From positions 864,001 to 928,000 of the forward strand of contig CAXXMB010000001.1 of assembly GCA_963668675.2 (NCBI GenBank): 64,000 nucleotides of DNA, given 5' to 3'. Below the pieces are notes generated by a model, which made no database searches, was not told the DNA's origin, and saw only the letters and a list, made by a program, of their open reading frames with translations. The DNA is from an uncultured Desulfatitalea sp. (GTDB taxonomy: Bacteria > Desulfobacterota > Desulfobacteria > Desulfobacterales > Desulfosarcinaceae). The position numbers were made by a program, and so were the translations under genes. This document shows, in pieces, positions 1-9,699 of this stretch. Numbering within the stretch: the first letter of the stretch is position 1; every line of letters starts with the position of its first letter.

Positions 1-1370
1 ATCCGGGAGAGGACTGCACGCACTTCAGGGGCTTGCAGCCAGCTTTCGTCGGGCAACAGCGGCAGTTCGGCTGCAGCGCAGGCCAGATGCGCTTCCAGAG
101 CTACATCATTGAAGGCATTGACGACGGCAGTTTCAGCCTCACCCTGAAAGAAGGCACCTGGATGATCGAGATAGTATTTGTCCAGCGCATTTTCAGAAGC
201 GACCATGATCAGGGCGGAGGCCTGCCCCTGCCGTCCGACCCGACCGCTGCGCTGCAAGGTGGAAACCATAGAGCCGGGATATCCCACCAGGATGCACAGA
301 TCCAGGTCGCCAATGTCGATCCCCAGTTCCAGCGCACTGGTGGTGACCACGGCCAGAAGTTGGCCGCTTTTTAATCGCTGCTCGATATCACGCCGATCCT
401 CGGGCATCAGCCCGGCACGATAGACGCTGATTCGGTCTGCCCACCGCCCTGCCCTCTGTTTCGCCCACACGGCGATGAGCTCGGCCATTTTTCGGGACTG
501 TGTGTAGACAATGGTTCTCAACTGCCTTGCTAATGCGGCTTTTACGAGCTCGATGGCAGTCTGCGCGGGGCTGCCGGGGGGGTCGATGAGAACGGTTTGA
601 CGCACCCCTTTGGGAGCACCGCTCTCGGTGACGGCGTGCACCGGCATGCCCAATAATTCGCTTGCCAGTTGTGCCGGGTTTTTCACTGTAGCCGATGTGA
701 AGATAAAAACAGGTGATGATCCGTGGTAACTACAGATGCGCTGCAACCTTCGAAGCAGCTGGGCCATGTGGTTGCCCAGCATCCCCCTGTAGGTATGCAC
801 CTCGTCGATAACCACCAGGTGCAAATTTGCGAAGAGATCCGCCCATCGCGCATGAAAAGGTAAAAGTGACAAGTGGACCATTTCGGGATTGGTCATCAGG
901 ACGCTGGGGGGGCGTTGACGTATCTTTTTGCGCCGGTAACCGCTGGTGTCCCCATCGTATATGGCCCCATCCGGCGCCGGTTGAGGTGCGTTGTGCGCCC
1001 ATCGGTTGAAGGTGTTCAACTGATCCTGCGCCAACGCCTTGAGCGGGAAGATGTAAAGCGCGCGGGCCTGGGGGAACGCTTCGATCGTTCGAAGCAGCGG
1101 GAGATTGTATATCAGCGTCTTTCCGCTTGCCGTGGGGGTGGCCACGGCTGTGTTCATCCTCTTTTCGATGGCTGTCAGCGCCTCGCATTGGTGGCTGTAC
1201 AGTTCGTTGATGCCCAATTTTCGTAGAAGACCGGACAGTTGTGGCGGTAGCACCTCTTCGGTTGCACGGCTGTTGCCCGGGCTGCCCGGGTCGCGATGGA
1301 GGGCGGCCACTTGGGATTTAAAACGGGGCGCATTGATGAGCGCATCGATATATTCGGCAATGTTTTTCAA
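1..1370 (-). CDS. DEAD/DEAH-box helicase, MrfA/Hrq1/YprA (DUF1998-associated) family; 5' part, runs off the left edge
   Basis: Manual translation from TTG at 1370 is open to the window edge: LYSHQ, ATPTASGKT (motif I), VVIDEVHTYRG (motif II), TSAT (III), TSALELGIDIG (V), QRSGRVGR (VI). Confidence 0.9.
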   Translation of the reverse strand, partial: MKNIAEYIDALINAPRFKSQVAALHRDPGSPGNSRATEEVLPPQLSGLLRKLGINELYSHQCEALTAIEKRMNTAVATPTASGKTLIYNLPLLRTIEAFPQARALYIFPLKALAQDQLNTFNRWAHNAPQPAPDGAIYDGDTSGYRRKKIRQRPPSVLMTNPEMVHLSLLPFHARWADLFANLHLVVIDEVHTYRGMLGNHMAQLLRRLQRICSYHGSSPVFIFTSATVKNPAQLASELLGMPVHAVTESGAPKGVRQTVLIDPPGSPAQTAIELVKAALARQLRTIVYTQSRKMAELIAVWAKQRAGRWADRISVYRAGLMPEDRRDIEQRLKSGQLLAVVTTSALELGIDIGDLDLCILVGYPGSMVSTLQRSGRVGRQGQASALIMVASENALDKYYLDHPGAFFQGEAETAVVNAFNDVALEAHLACAAAELPLLPDESWLQAPEVRAVLSR

Positions 1371-1445
1371 TAGTTATTTAATTACGACGGCTTACACAAA
1401 AATTAGACCGATTTTTCAACTTTGGCCGGATGCTGATTTATTTCC

Positions 1446-1473
1446 TTGAAAGTAAAGCTATTTTTGATATAAC
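1446..1473 (+). promoter_or_regulatory. Putative sigma70 promoter for the corC-like gene
   Basis: TTGAAA-N16-TATAAC in an AT-rich divergent intergenic region. Confidence 0.4.
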
Positions 1474-1536
1474 TGCAACGTAGTCTAAATCTGATGGTTT
1501 GGGCAGATTGCCCTTCTCAGGAGGAAAAAGCAAGTC

Positions 1537-1674
1537 TTGGACGACCCTCATTTATCCGATTGGGTAACATCCATATTCGATTCTAAAAACACGCCTGCCT
1601 CGTCTGCCTGGCAAACCGTATGTTCTATGGTGATTATGCCCGGGGCCTCTGTGCACCACTTTCAGGAAACATGA
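1537..1674 (+). CDS. Possible 45-aa leader ORF (MDDPHLSDW...HHFQET) upstream of the corC-like gene
   Basis: AGGAGG at 1519-1524, TTG at 1537, open to TGA at 1672-1674, 4 nt before the corC ATG. The RBS spacer is long (12 nt). Confidence 0.3.
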   Translation: MDDPHLSDWVTSIFDSKNTPASSAWQTVCSMVIMPGASVHHFQET

Positions 1675-1678
1675 TGTC

Positions 1679-2944
1679 ATGACCGATCAAGTCGTAGCGT
1701 TGGTGATTCTTCTTATTTTGTCCGGTTTCTTCTCTTCGGCTGAAACGGCGCTTTTTTCCATAAGCCGAACCAAAGCGCGCTATATCGCTAAAATGGGTGG
1801 CCAGGCCAATAAGCTGATCAACCAGATGAAAGACAATCCGCACCGCCTGCTGAGCACCATCCTGATCGGCAACAACGTGGTCAATGTGGCCGCTTCGGCA
1901 CTGGCCACCAAACTGGCACTGCAGCTTTTTCCCGGCTACGCCGTCGGAGTCGCCACAGGCGTGATGACCTTCTTGATCCTGGTGTTTGGTGAGGTGATCC
2001 CCAAATCGGTGGCCACTCGCAACAACGTAATGATTGCCCGTACGATTATCTTTCCGATCTACTGGTTTTCGATCATCTGCCTGCCTATCGTCTTTTTTCT
2101 CGATTTCATCCCCAAATTGACAGGACGAATCAAAAAGACCCCCACGGTGACCGAAGAGGAGCTGATGACCTTCGTGGAGGTGGTGCGCGAAGAGGGCGAA
2201 ATCAAGGAGGAGGAGCAGGAGCTGATCCATCGCATCTTCGAATTTGACGACACCAATGCCTCCGAAATCATGACCCCCAGAGCAGATATGTTTATCATAG
2301 AGGCTGATAAACCTTTGGATTTGAAAACAATTACAGAATCTGGGTTTACCAGAATCCCGGTGATTGAAGACACCATCGACAACGTGGTCGGTATTTTAAA
2401 CGTCAAGGATGTTCTGGCCCACTACGCGCTGAACAAAGAGATGTCGGACGTGCGTAATCTGATGCGCCCACCCTATTTCGTGCCTGAGCATAAAAAACTG
2501 GATTCACTGATGGGGCAATTCAAGAAGCGTAAAAACCACATGGCAATCGTGGTAGATGAACATGGCGGCGTCTCCGGATTGATCACATTAGAGGATGCAC
2601 TCGAGGAGCTGGTCGGGGAGATACGCGATGAGACCGACAAAGAGGAGCGTCTGATCACCAAACGCAAGAGCAAAGAGTGGGTCGTCCTTGGCAAAACCGA
2701 TATTGAGGCGGTCAACGAGGTGATTGAGATGGGGATTCCCGACTCGGCCGAGTATGATACCTTTTCAGGCTATGTTCTCGAGCAGATCGGCCGCATACCA
2801 GCTGAAAACGAAACATTTAACATGGGGAGCTTCGAGGTGATCGTCAAATCCATGGATGGCAACCGCATCAAAGAGTATGTCGTTCGTCAGTTGGAGGAGA
2901 AGATACCGGCCGAACTGAATGAGCCCATTGCGCCCCCAAAATAG
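1679..2944 (+). CDS. HlyC/CorC (CNNM-CBS-CorC) family Mg2+/Co2+ transporter
   Basis: SGFFSSAETA, LVFGEVIPK, tandem CBS domains (IMTPR, TRIPV, VVDEHGGVSGLITLED), C-terminal CorC domain (DTFSGY). Confidence 0.93.
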   Translation: MTDQVVALVILLILSGFFSSAETALFSISRTKARYIAKMGGQANKLINQMKDNPHRLLSTILIGNNVVNVAASALATKLALQLFPGYAVGVATGVMTFLILVFGEVIPKSVATRNNVMIARTIIFPIYWFSIICLPIVFFLDFIPKLTGRIKKTPTVTEEELMTFVEVVREEGEIKEEEQELIHRIFEFDDTNASEIMTPRADMFIIEADKPLDLKTITESGFTRIPVIEDTIDNVVGILNVKDVLAHYALNKEMSDVRNLMRPPYFVPEHKKLDSLMGQFKKRKNHMAIVVDEHGGVSGLITLEDALEELVGEIRDETDKEERLITKRKSKEWVVLGKTDIEAVNEVIEMGIPDSAEYDTFSGYVLEQIGRIPAENETFNMGSFEVIVKSMDGNRIKEYVVRQLEEKIPAELNEPIAPPK

Positions 2945-3027
2945 GAGTGGCGCCACTCCCATGATCCGTGGGCGCCGTATAGCACCCGTTTCAAACCCGT
3001 CGTGTGTATATGGCTTTACTACAAGAG

Positions 3028-3792
3028 ATGACCATCAGGACACTCACAACGCTTCTTTTTGTTTTTTCCGTATTGTTGCCGGGCACCTTCGACACGATCA
3101 GAGCCGAAGAGCTGCGCATCGGCCGCTTTCTGGACGCTACCCCCGGCGCAGCGCTTCCACCTGGCTGGGAGCCGTTTAACTTTCCCAAAATAGAAAACCA
3201 TACTGTCTACACGTTGCACGATGATGAAGGCCGCACTGTGATCAAGGCCGAAAGCCGCAATGCCGCATCGGGTCTGATATGCAGGAGGCGAATCGACCCG
3301 AACCACTATCCTTATCTTCGATGGCGTTGGAAGATTGATCGTGTGCCCGAAAAGGGTGATGTTACAGTGAAGCGTGGGGATGACTGCGCGGCGCGTCTCT
3401 ATGTCGCTTTTGCCTATGACGAAGCGGCGGCCGGGTGGTGGGAGCGACTTTGGCATCGAACTGCAAACGTATTCGCCGGCAAGGAGTTGCCCGGCAGCGC
3501 CTTGACCTATATCTGGGCCAGCAAGGCTCCCGAACAGCAGGTACTGGACAACCCCTACGCCGGTTCCGCCAAAATGATCGTTCTTCAGAGCGGCAACCGG
3601 CTGAGCGGGCAGTGGGTAGATGAGCGGCGCAATGTGTTCGAAGACTATCAACTGGCCTTCGGCCGTCAACCGACCGAGATCATCGGAATTGGCATCATGA
3701 CCGATACGGATAACACGGGAGAGGAGATCGTCGCATATTACGGGGAGATATCGCTGGAGGCCCCCGCTCCGTCATCGGTTCAGACAGATTGA
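3028..3792 (+). CDS. DUF3047-like exported protein
   Basis: Signal peptide; LRWRWKI, GDDCAARLYVAF, YIWAS, IGIMTDTDNT motifs. An upstream GTG at 3004 is also possible. Confidence 0.8.
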   Translation: MTIRTLTTLLFVFSVLLPGTFDTIRAEELRIGRFLDATPGAALPPGWEPFNFPKIENHTVYTLHDDEGRTVIKAESRNAASGLICRRRIDPNHYPYLRWRWKIDRVPEKGDVTVKRGDDCAARLYVAFAYDEAAAGWWERLWHRTANVFAGKELPGSALTYIWASKAPEQQVLDNPYAGSAKMIVLQSGNRLSGQWVDERRNVFEDYQLAFGRQPTEIIGIGIMTDTDNTGEEIVAYYGEISLEAPAPSSVQTD

Positions 3793-3817
3793 TCCTTTCT
3801 CCAATGGATCGCGCGGG

Positions 3818-4381
3818 CTACTCTTTCACCCGTTCCACATACTCGCCAGTGCGGGTGTCGATGCGCAGCAGTTCCCCTTCGTTCACAAATGGCGGTACCT
3901 GAACCACATGGCCGGTCTCCAGGGTGGCCGGCTTTGTGCTTCCGCTGGCCGTATCTCCCTTGGCCCAAGGCTCGGCTTCGGTCACGCGTAACTCAACGAA
4001 GTTGGGCAGCGTGACACCGATGGGGCGCCCTTGAAACAGCAGCACGCTACAGACCGTATTCTCCTTGAGAAGCGCCTTGCCATCACCGACCTGGTCTTCA
4101 CTGAGCATCTCCTGCTCGTAATTGCTGCTGTTCATGAAACAGTACCCGCTGCCATCGTAATAGAGGTACTCCATTTCGATCTCTTCCAGGTCTGCCGGCT
4201 TGAATTTTTCGCCTGAACGATAGGTCCTGTCGAACTGCGCCCCTGTGAGCATATTCTTAAGTTTGCATTTGTACAGCGCCTGTCCCTTGCCGGGCTTTAC
4301 AAATTCAAACTGCACGATCACATAGGGATCCCCGTCTATCTCCAATTTTGTACCTTTGCGTAAGTCACCGCTTTCAAGCAT
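3818..4381 (-). CDS. efp: Elongation factor P
   Basis: VKPGKGQA loop, KGDTA, KPATLETG, VPPFV, IDTRTGEYV. Confidence 0.98.
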   Translation of the reverse strand: MLESGDLRKGTKLEIDGDPYVIVQFEFVKPGKGQALYKCKLKNMLTGAQFDRTYRSGEKFKPADLEEIEMEYLYYDGSGYCFMNSSNYEQEMLSEDQVGDGKALLKENTVCSVLLFQGRPIGVTLPNFVELRVTEAEPWAKGDTASGSTKPATLETGHVVQVPPFVNEGELLRIDTRTGEYVERVKE

Positions 4382-4452
4382 GTCGACGATCTCCTTCTTG
4401 GGGCAATCTCCCCTTCTGTTTTAAAACCAGATTTAAATTCAGATCTGTTGGT

Positions 4453-5220
4453 TTATGGGTTATGGCTCGTTGCCCCGTTGTTTCGCGCTGCCGCAACCAT
4501 CATTTTTACCTTTTGAGGGTCCTTCTGAAACCGTATCGGTTTGTTGTTCGAATCGACCGCATTGGTCAACGTACAGCTGTCCACCCCGGCGGGGTTGACC
4601 GCCCGTATACCGGAGGCCACATTCAGCGGCCCGAGACCACCGGCCAGAACAACCGGGATACCACTTTGACGGACCAAGGCATTTGCCACCGACCAATCGC
4701 AGGTCTCTCCGGTAATTCCCACAAAGCCCTGAACCGGTTGATCGATTGGGCTGCTGTTGCCATCCGACAAGAGTATTGTGTCGGTTAGAAACCAGTCACT
4801 GATCGGTTCGAAAAGCGATGCCAGCCTGAGCGTTACATTCTCGTCCGCCCTGCCCTGACGCGCAATCGGTATGGACCGCATGATGTCGATATCCGGGAAT
4901 CTTTCCCGCAGCCGCTTCTGGCGGTCGGCCGCTTGAGCCACTTCCTGTTGCCCCTTTTTCCCGGAAGGAAGCGATTCGCACAGGTGAAGAATATCGGGAC
5001 GGTAGTCATTGACCGCCGCGGAGATGGCCTCCACATCTTTGAACAGCGGAATCAAGCTGCTCTTGCGTCCGGCGGACTGGACCGTCTCTACGGTCCGTTT
5101 CAAACCGGGGTCTGTTTCTGCAGATCGGTCGAGGAGCACACTGCCGATGTGGTCGACGCCGAGCTGAATCATGGTCTCGGCTTCTGACGGCGTCTGTATT
5201 TCGTATATTTGAACAATCAT
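4453..5220 (-). CDS. Phosphoribosylanthranilate isomerase (TrpF)-like TIM-barrel protein, standalone
   Basis: Starts MIVQIYEIQT at ATG 5220; GVDHIG, LAGGLGPLNV, PAGVDS motifs. No trp operon context, so function is not certain. Confidence 0.7.
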   Translation of the reverse strand: MIVQIYEIQTPSEAETMIQLGVDHIGSVLLDRSAETDPGLKRTVETVQSAGRKSSLIPLFKDVEAISAAVNDYRPDILHLCESLPSGKKGQQEVAQAADRQKRLRERFPDIDIMRSIPIARQGRADENVTLRLASLFEPISDWFLTDTILLSDGNSSPIDQPVQGFVGITGETCDWSVANALVRQSGIPVVLAGGLGPLNVASGIRAVNPAGVDSCTLTNAVDSNNKPIRFQKDPQKVKMMVAAARNNGATSHNP

Positions 5221-5349
5221 GCAGCTTTGCAGTTTCAGCGACGAGATCCAAAAAATATTGACATTTTTCGCCGTGTCTACCATATTCAAGCTAATTTCGC
5301 AAACCGTTTAACTACTTTTCATCATTATATATATACACAAAGGCAGCGC

Positions 5350-6879
5350 ATGATACTGATCATCGATTTTGGTTCACAATTCAACCAGCTGATCGCTCGA
5401 AGGGTTCGTGAGTGCGGCGTATACTGCGTCATCGAACCGCCGACCCTCTCGATTGAACGCATCAAGGAGATGGCCCCTGAGGGGATTATCCTCTCCGGCG
5501 GGCCGGCCAGCATCTATGAAAAGAATAGCCCCAGAGCAGATAAACGCATCTTCGACCTCGGCCTTCCGGTGCTGGGCATATGCTACGGTATGCACTTCAT
5601 GGTCGATACGCTAGGTGGAAACGTCAAGCAGGCCCTCAAACGTGAGTATGGATTCGCTGAACTTAATCTCAAGCGCTCCGACACCCTGCTCTCTTCCATC
5701 CCCGACCAGAGCCAGGTGTGGATGAGCCACGGCGACTCGATCTCCAAACTACCGAATGGTTTCACCATCACGGCCGTGACCGACAATACGCCGGTTGCCG
5801 CCATGGCGGATAAAAAGCGTAACTATTTCGGTCTTCAGTTCCATCCTGAAGTGGCCCACACCAAAAAAGGCAAGCAGATGCTTCGCAACTTTCTGTTCGA
5901 CGTGTGCGGCTGCAAGCGCAACTGGAGCATGAAGACCTTTGCTCGCGACGCCATTACCGAAATCGCCGAACAGGTGGGCGACCGCAAGGTGATCCTCGGA
6001 TTGAGCGGCGGTGTGGACTCCACCGTAACGGCCGTGCTCATCCACAAAGCCATCGGCAAAAACCTCACCTGCATCTTCGTCGACAACGGCCTGCTGCGCA
6101 AAAACGAGGCACGCAAACTCAAGGTGACCTTCAAGGAGCACCTCAAGCTCAATATCCGCTATGTCAATGCGGGTAAGAAGTTTCTCACCGGCCTGGCCAA
6201 GGTTGAGGATCCCGAAAAGAAGCGAAAAATCATCGGCAAGATCTTCATGGAGGTGTTCGAAGCCGAGGCGCGTAAAATTAAGGGCGCCGACTTCCTGGCC
6301 CAGGGCACTCTCTATCCGGATATCATCGAATCACGCTCAGCCTTCGGCGGCCCCTCGTCGGTGATCAAATCCCATCACAATGTCGGCGGTCTACCCAAGC
6401 GGATGAAGCTCAAACTGGTAGAACCCCTTCAACACCTGTTCAAAGACGAAGTGAGAAAGCTCGGCACCCAGTTGGGCCTCGAGTCCGAACTGGTCTGGCG
6501 CCAACCCTTCCCCGGCCCAGGGCTGGCCATCCGCATCATTGGCGACGTTTCACCTAAACGGCTGAGCATCTTAAGGGAGGTAGACGCCGTTCTTCTCGAA
6601 GAGATCAGGGCCGCCGGGTACTACCGAAAGCTGTGGCAATCGTTTGCCGTCCTGCTGCCCCTCAAAAGTGTCGGCATCATGGGTGATGGGCGTACCTATG
6701 AGAACATCGTCTCCATCCGGGCCGTCACCAGCAAGGATGCCATGACCGCCGATTGGGCCAAACTGCCCCATGCGCTTTTGGGACGTATCTCCAATCGCAT
6801 TATCAACGAAGTGCGCGGTGTCAACCGCGTGGTTTACGATATCAGCTCAAAACCCCCCAGCACCATCGAGTGGGAGTAG
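5350..6879 (+). CDS. guaA: GMP synthase (glutamine-hydrolysing)
   Basis: IIDFGSQ, LGICYG, QFHPEV, SGGVDS, IKSHHNVGGLP, KPPSTIEWE; ATG at 5350. Confidence 0.98.
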   Translation: MILIIDFGSQFNQLIARRVRECGVYCVIEPPTLSIERIKEMAPEGIILSGGPASIYEKNSPRADKRIFDLGLPVLGICYGMHFMVDTLGGNVKQALKREYGFAELNLKRSDTLLSSIPDQSQVWMSHGDSISKLPNGFTITAVTDNTPVAAMADKKRNYFGLQFHPEVAHTKKGKQMLRNFLFDVCGCKRNWSMKTFARDAITEIAEQVGDRKVILGLSGGVDSTVTAVLIHKAIGKNLTCIFVDNGLLRKNEARKLKVTFKEHLKLNIRYVNAGKKFLTGLAKVEDPEKKRKIIGKIFMEVFEAEARKIKGADFLAQGTLYPDIIESRSAFGGPSSVIKSHHNVGGLPKRMKLKLVEPLQHLFKDEVRKLGTQLGLESELVWRQPFPGPGLAIRIIGDVSPKRLSILREVDAVLLEEIRAAGYYRKLWQSFAVLLPLKSVGIMGDGRTYENIVSIRAVTSKDAMTADWAKLPHALLGRISNRIINEVRGVNRVVYDISSKPPSTIEWE

Positions 6880-6897
6880 ACACCAGGACAGTCACCG

Positions 6898-7773
6898 ATG
6901 AATGACCACCTTGAAGAAGAGAACGGCCAGTTCAAATTGCAATCGGATCGTCTGAGAGAAGAGATCGAAAAACCTGAGATTCCATCCGAAATCAACGAAT
7001 TGCGCCTGGAAAAAGTAAGCCAGAGGGTTACCCTTATCTCTATCATGATTCCGGTGCTGATTGTCATCGTACTGGTGATCGCCTATCTGGATATCAAGAA
7101 GCGGGTGGTGCGGACAGAGGACACCGGCACCATTGAATTCCAAAAGCTGTCGACAGACCTTGAATCCCGTTTCTCCTCCCTCTCCGTAAGGCAGGCAAGA
7201 CTCGAAGGCGACATGGCCAGACTCATCGAGCAGACCAACAACGTCACTGCCACCATTCAGGTCCGGCTGAAAGAGCTTCAAGAGACATTGAAGCAGGTAC
7301 AAAACGCGCAGCAAAAAGCTCTAAAAAGAAACGAGCTCAATACGGTGAAAAAGGAGTTCGTCGAAAAAATCAACTCGCTGGTTGAATCATCCAATCAAGC
7401 CGGCGAGCAGGTGGCCGCCATCACCGATGAACTGAAGAAGCAGATGGATGAATTGACCACGTCTCTGGAAGAAACCGATCAGACCGTAACGGAGATGGAT
7501 CGGCACGTCGCAGAGATCGATAGAAACAAAATCGACAAGCCCGCCATGGACCTGGCCCTTCGACTAGAAACCATGCGGGTGTCCAGCGATCTGAAAGCAA
7601 GAATCGACGCCATGGAAGAGATGCTCATCTCCCTCGAAAAGCAGATAAAGAGGACAACAACTGCACCTCCGGCAACCGCACCTAAAAAGAGCTCTTCGAC
7701 ATCATCTACGAAGAGCCCACCTCCCAGCAGTCCCTCTACAACCAAAATTGAGGAGCAGACCATTTCTAAGTAG
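6898..7773 (+). CDS. Hypothetical single-pass membrane coiled-coil protein with P/S/T-rich tail
   Basis: TM segment (VTLISIMIPVLIVIVLVIAYL), long heptad-rich region, low-complexity C-terminus; 18 nt downstream of guaA. Confidence 0.75.
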   Translation: MNDHLEEENGQFKLQSDRLREEIEKPEIPSEINELRLEKVSQRVTLISIMIPVLIVIVLVIAYLDIKKRVVRTEDTGTIEFQKLSTDLESRFSSLSVRQARLEGDMARLIEQTNNVTATIQVRLKELQETLKQVQNAQQKALKRNELNTVKKEFVEKINSLVESSNQAGEQVAAITDELKKQMDELTTSLEETDQTVTEMDRHVAEIDRNKIDKPAMDLALRLETMRVSSDLKARIDAMEEMLISLEKQIKRTTTAPPATAPKKSSSTSSTKSPPPSSPSTTKIEEQTISK

Positions 7774-7906
7774 ACCGAGCAGTTTGTGAAAATGCGTACC
7801 CGGAACTGCAGCTTAGCGACACTTTATAATTGACGGTTTAATAATGCATTTGCGCGAGGTGCAGACCGCCCGCCGGCCTCGCCGGATTATAACCCCGAAA
7901 GTTGAG

Positions 7907-9634
7907 TCAGCCCCCTGTGATCTCCACCGCCTTCTCCAGAAACTGGTCAAGATTCTCTCGGATGGTGCGTTTGCTGAACTTTCCGACACTGGTTTTGGGA
8001 ATCTCATCGACGATCGCCACCAGCTTGGGTAGCATCCATTTGGTAATTTTGCCCTTCTCCACCCCTTCGGCCACCAGAAAAGCGATCAAATCCTGTTCAT
8101 TACGATCCGCACCGGGCACCATCTTGATGACAGCCATCGCCTTCTCACCCCAAACCTCATCCGGAACACCGACCACCGCCGCTTCGAGCACAAAGTCGGC
8201 CAGAGAGACAAGATTTTCCAGCAGAACCGTCGGGACCATCTCAGACCCGCTGCGAATCACATCGGACATGCGATCGGCAATCGTCAGAAAGCCCTCCTCG
8301 TCAACCGTGGCCAGATCCCCCGTGTGAAACCAGCCGTCGATCCAGACCTCGGCTGTCTTCTCAGGGTTGTTGTAGTACTTCTCCATTACCCAGGGGCCCC
8401 GAACCACGATTTGACCGATGGTCTCGTTGTCGCGCGGCACAGGATTCCCATCCCCGTCCACCACCCCCACCTCGAACCCCGGGACCGGCAGTCCTGTTTT
8501 GACGCGAACCCGGTCCAGATCCTCTTTAGGCCAATCGTGCATCTGCTTCTTGATGAAGGCCGTCACCGTGGCCGGTGCGGTTTCGGTCATGCCATATCCG
8601 GATGATGCGTTGATGCCCGGAATCCTCTTTTCGATCTTCTCCTTCAACCCCAGGGGCAAAGCGCCGCCCCCCACCCCCACGTGAACCAGACTGCTCAGAT
8701 CGAACCTGTCCAGATCCTCGTACGACATCAGCAACGCCAGGATGGTCGGCACCACCGCCACGTGGGTGACCTGCTCCTGCTGAACAAGTTCACAGAACCC
8801 ATCCACGGTAAAGGTGCCCGGCAGCACCAGTTTGTAAGCGCCAAAAACATACCCGAACGGCTGACTCCAGCCGTGAATGTGAAACAGAGGGGTCGTGATC
8901 ATCGGCACCACGTTTTCACCAAGCTGCTGGGCGGTGGGGTCATTGCTGAAATGGGCCAGGGCCGTCAGGTGCAGCGTCTGAAGATAGAGCGCCCTGTGCG
9001 AAAACATGGCCCCTTTGGGAAGCCCGGTGGTGGCGGTCGTATAGCAGAGGGTGGCAATCGTATCTTCATCGAGGTAGGGCCAGTCGTAGGCATCGGACTC
9101 GGATCCAAGAAGTGTTTCGTAGTGGTAGAGCGGTGATATTTTGGAAACCGGCAACTCCGGCTCATCAGACATGTAGACAAACGTCTTTATGTTCTCTTTG
9201 ATACGGTCATAAATCAGCTCGACCAGCGGCAACAGGCTGTCATCAAAAAATAGGACGCTGTCTTCGGCGTGATTCAAGGTATAGATGATGTGCTCATGGG
9301 AGAGTCGCACGTTGACGCAATGCAACACCGCCCCTGAGCATGGCACGGCGTAATAAAGCTCCATATGGCGATGGGTGTTGAGGGCCATTGTGGCGATGCG
9401 GTCGCCAGGCGCTCCGGGGCGCCCAGCTTCGATACCAATGCGCTGCAAAGCGTTGGCCAGGCGGCAGGTGCGCCGATACCACTCGTCCCATGTGAAGCGT
9501 TGGTAGTTACCGGTCAGATGATTTCGGTAAACAATACCGATCTGTTGTGGATAGATACTCACCGGTCGCTGCATGAAGGTTTTTAACAGCAGTGGGTAGT
9601 TGGTGCTGAATTCCGGATAGGTTTTCTCCGCCAT
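7907..9634 (-). CDS. Fatty-acid/acyl-CoA ligase (AMP-forming, AlkK/FadD-like)
   Basis: CYTTATTGLPKG (variant P-loop), GYGMTET, GWFHTGD, ADRMSDVI, PKTSVGK. Confidence 0.92.
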   Translation of the reverse strand: MAEKTYPEFSTNYPLLLKTFMQRPVSIYPQQIGIVYRNHLTGNYQRFTWDEWYRRTCRLANALQRIGIEAGRPGAPGDRIATMALNTHRHMELYYAVPCSGAVLHCVNVRLSHEHIIYTLNHAEDSVLFFDDSLLPLVELIYDRIKENIKTFVYMSDEPELPVSKISPLYHYETLLGSESDAYDWPYLDEDTIATLCYTTATTGLPKGAMFSHRALYLQTLHLTALAHFSNDPTAQQLGENVVPMITTPLFHIHGWSQPFGYVFGAYKLVLPGTFTVDGFCELVQQEQVTHVAVVPTILALLMSYEDLDRFDLSSLVHVGVGGGALPLGLKEKIEKRIPGINASSGYGMTETAPATVTAFIKKQMHDWPKEDLDRVRVKTGLPVPGFEVGVVDGDGNPVPRDNETIGQIVVRGPWVMEKYYNNPEKTAEVWIDGWFHTGDLATVDEEGFLTIADRMSDVIRSGSEMVPTVLLENLVSLADFVLEAAVVGVPDEVWGEKAMAVIKMVPGADRNEQDLIAFLVAEGVEKGKITKWMLPKLVAIVDEIPKTSVGKFSKRTIRENLDQFLEKAVEITGG

Positions 9635-9699
9635 CGCATCTGCTCCTTTTCATCGTATACCAGAAGTGTGGGTGGTGTGAGGCTGCGCCATTGTTTGTT

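Noticed and set aside
1..1370. Helicase as part of a DISARM/Druantia-type defence system
   Set aside because: Visible neighbours are housekeeping genes and no defence partners are seen. The downstream side is outside the window.
1..1449. Fragmented small ORFs suggesting a pseudogene
   Set aside because: The true helicase frame on the minus strand is open from 1370 to the window edge; the listed ORFs are shadows.
2944..2959. Perfect 16-bp palindrome GGAGTGGCGCCACTCC after corC
   Set aside because: Single occurrence with no loop or U-tract; no function can be supported.
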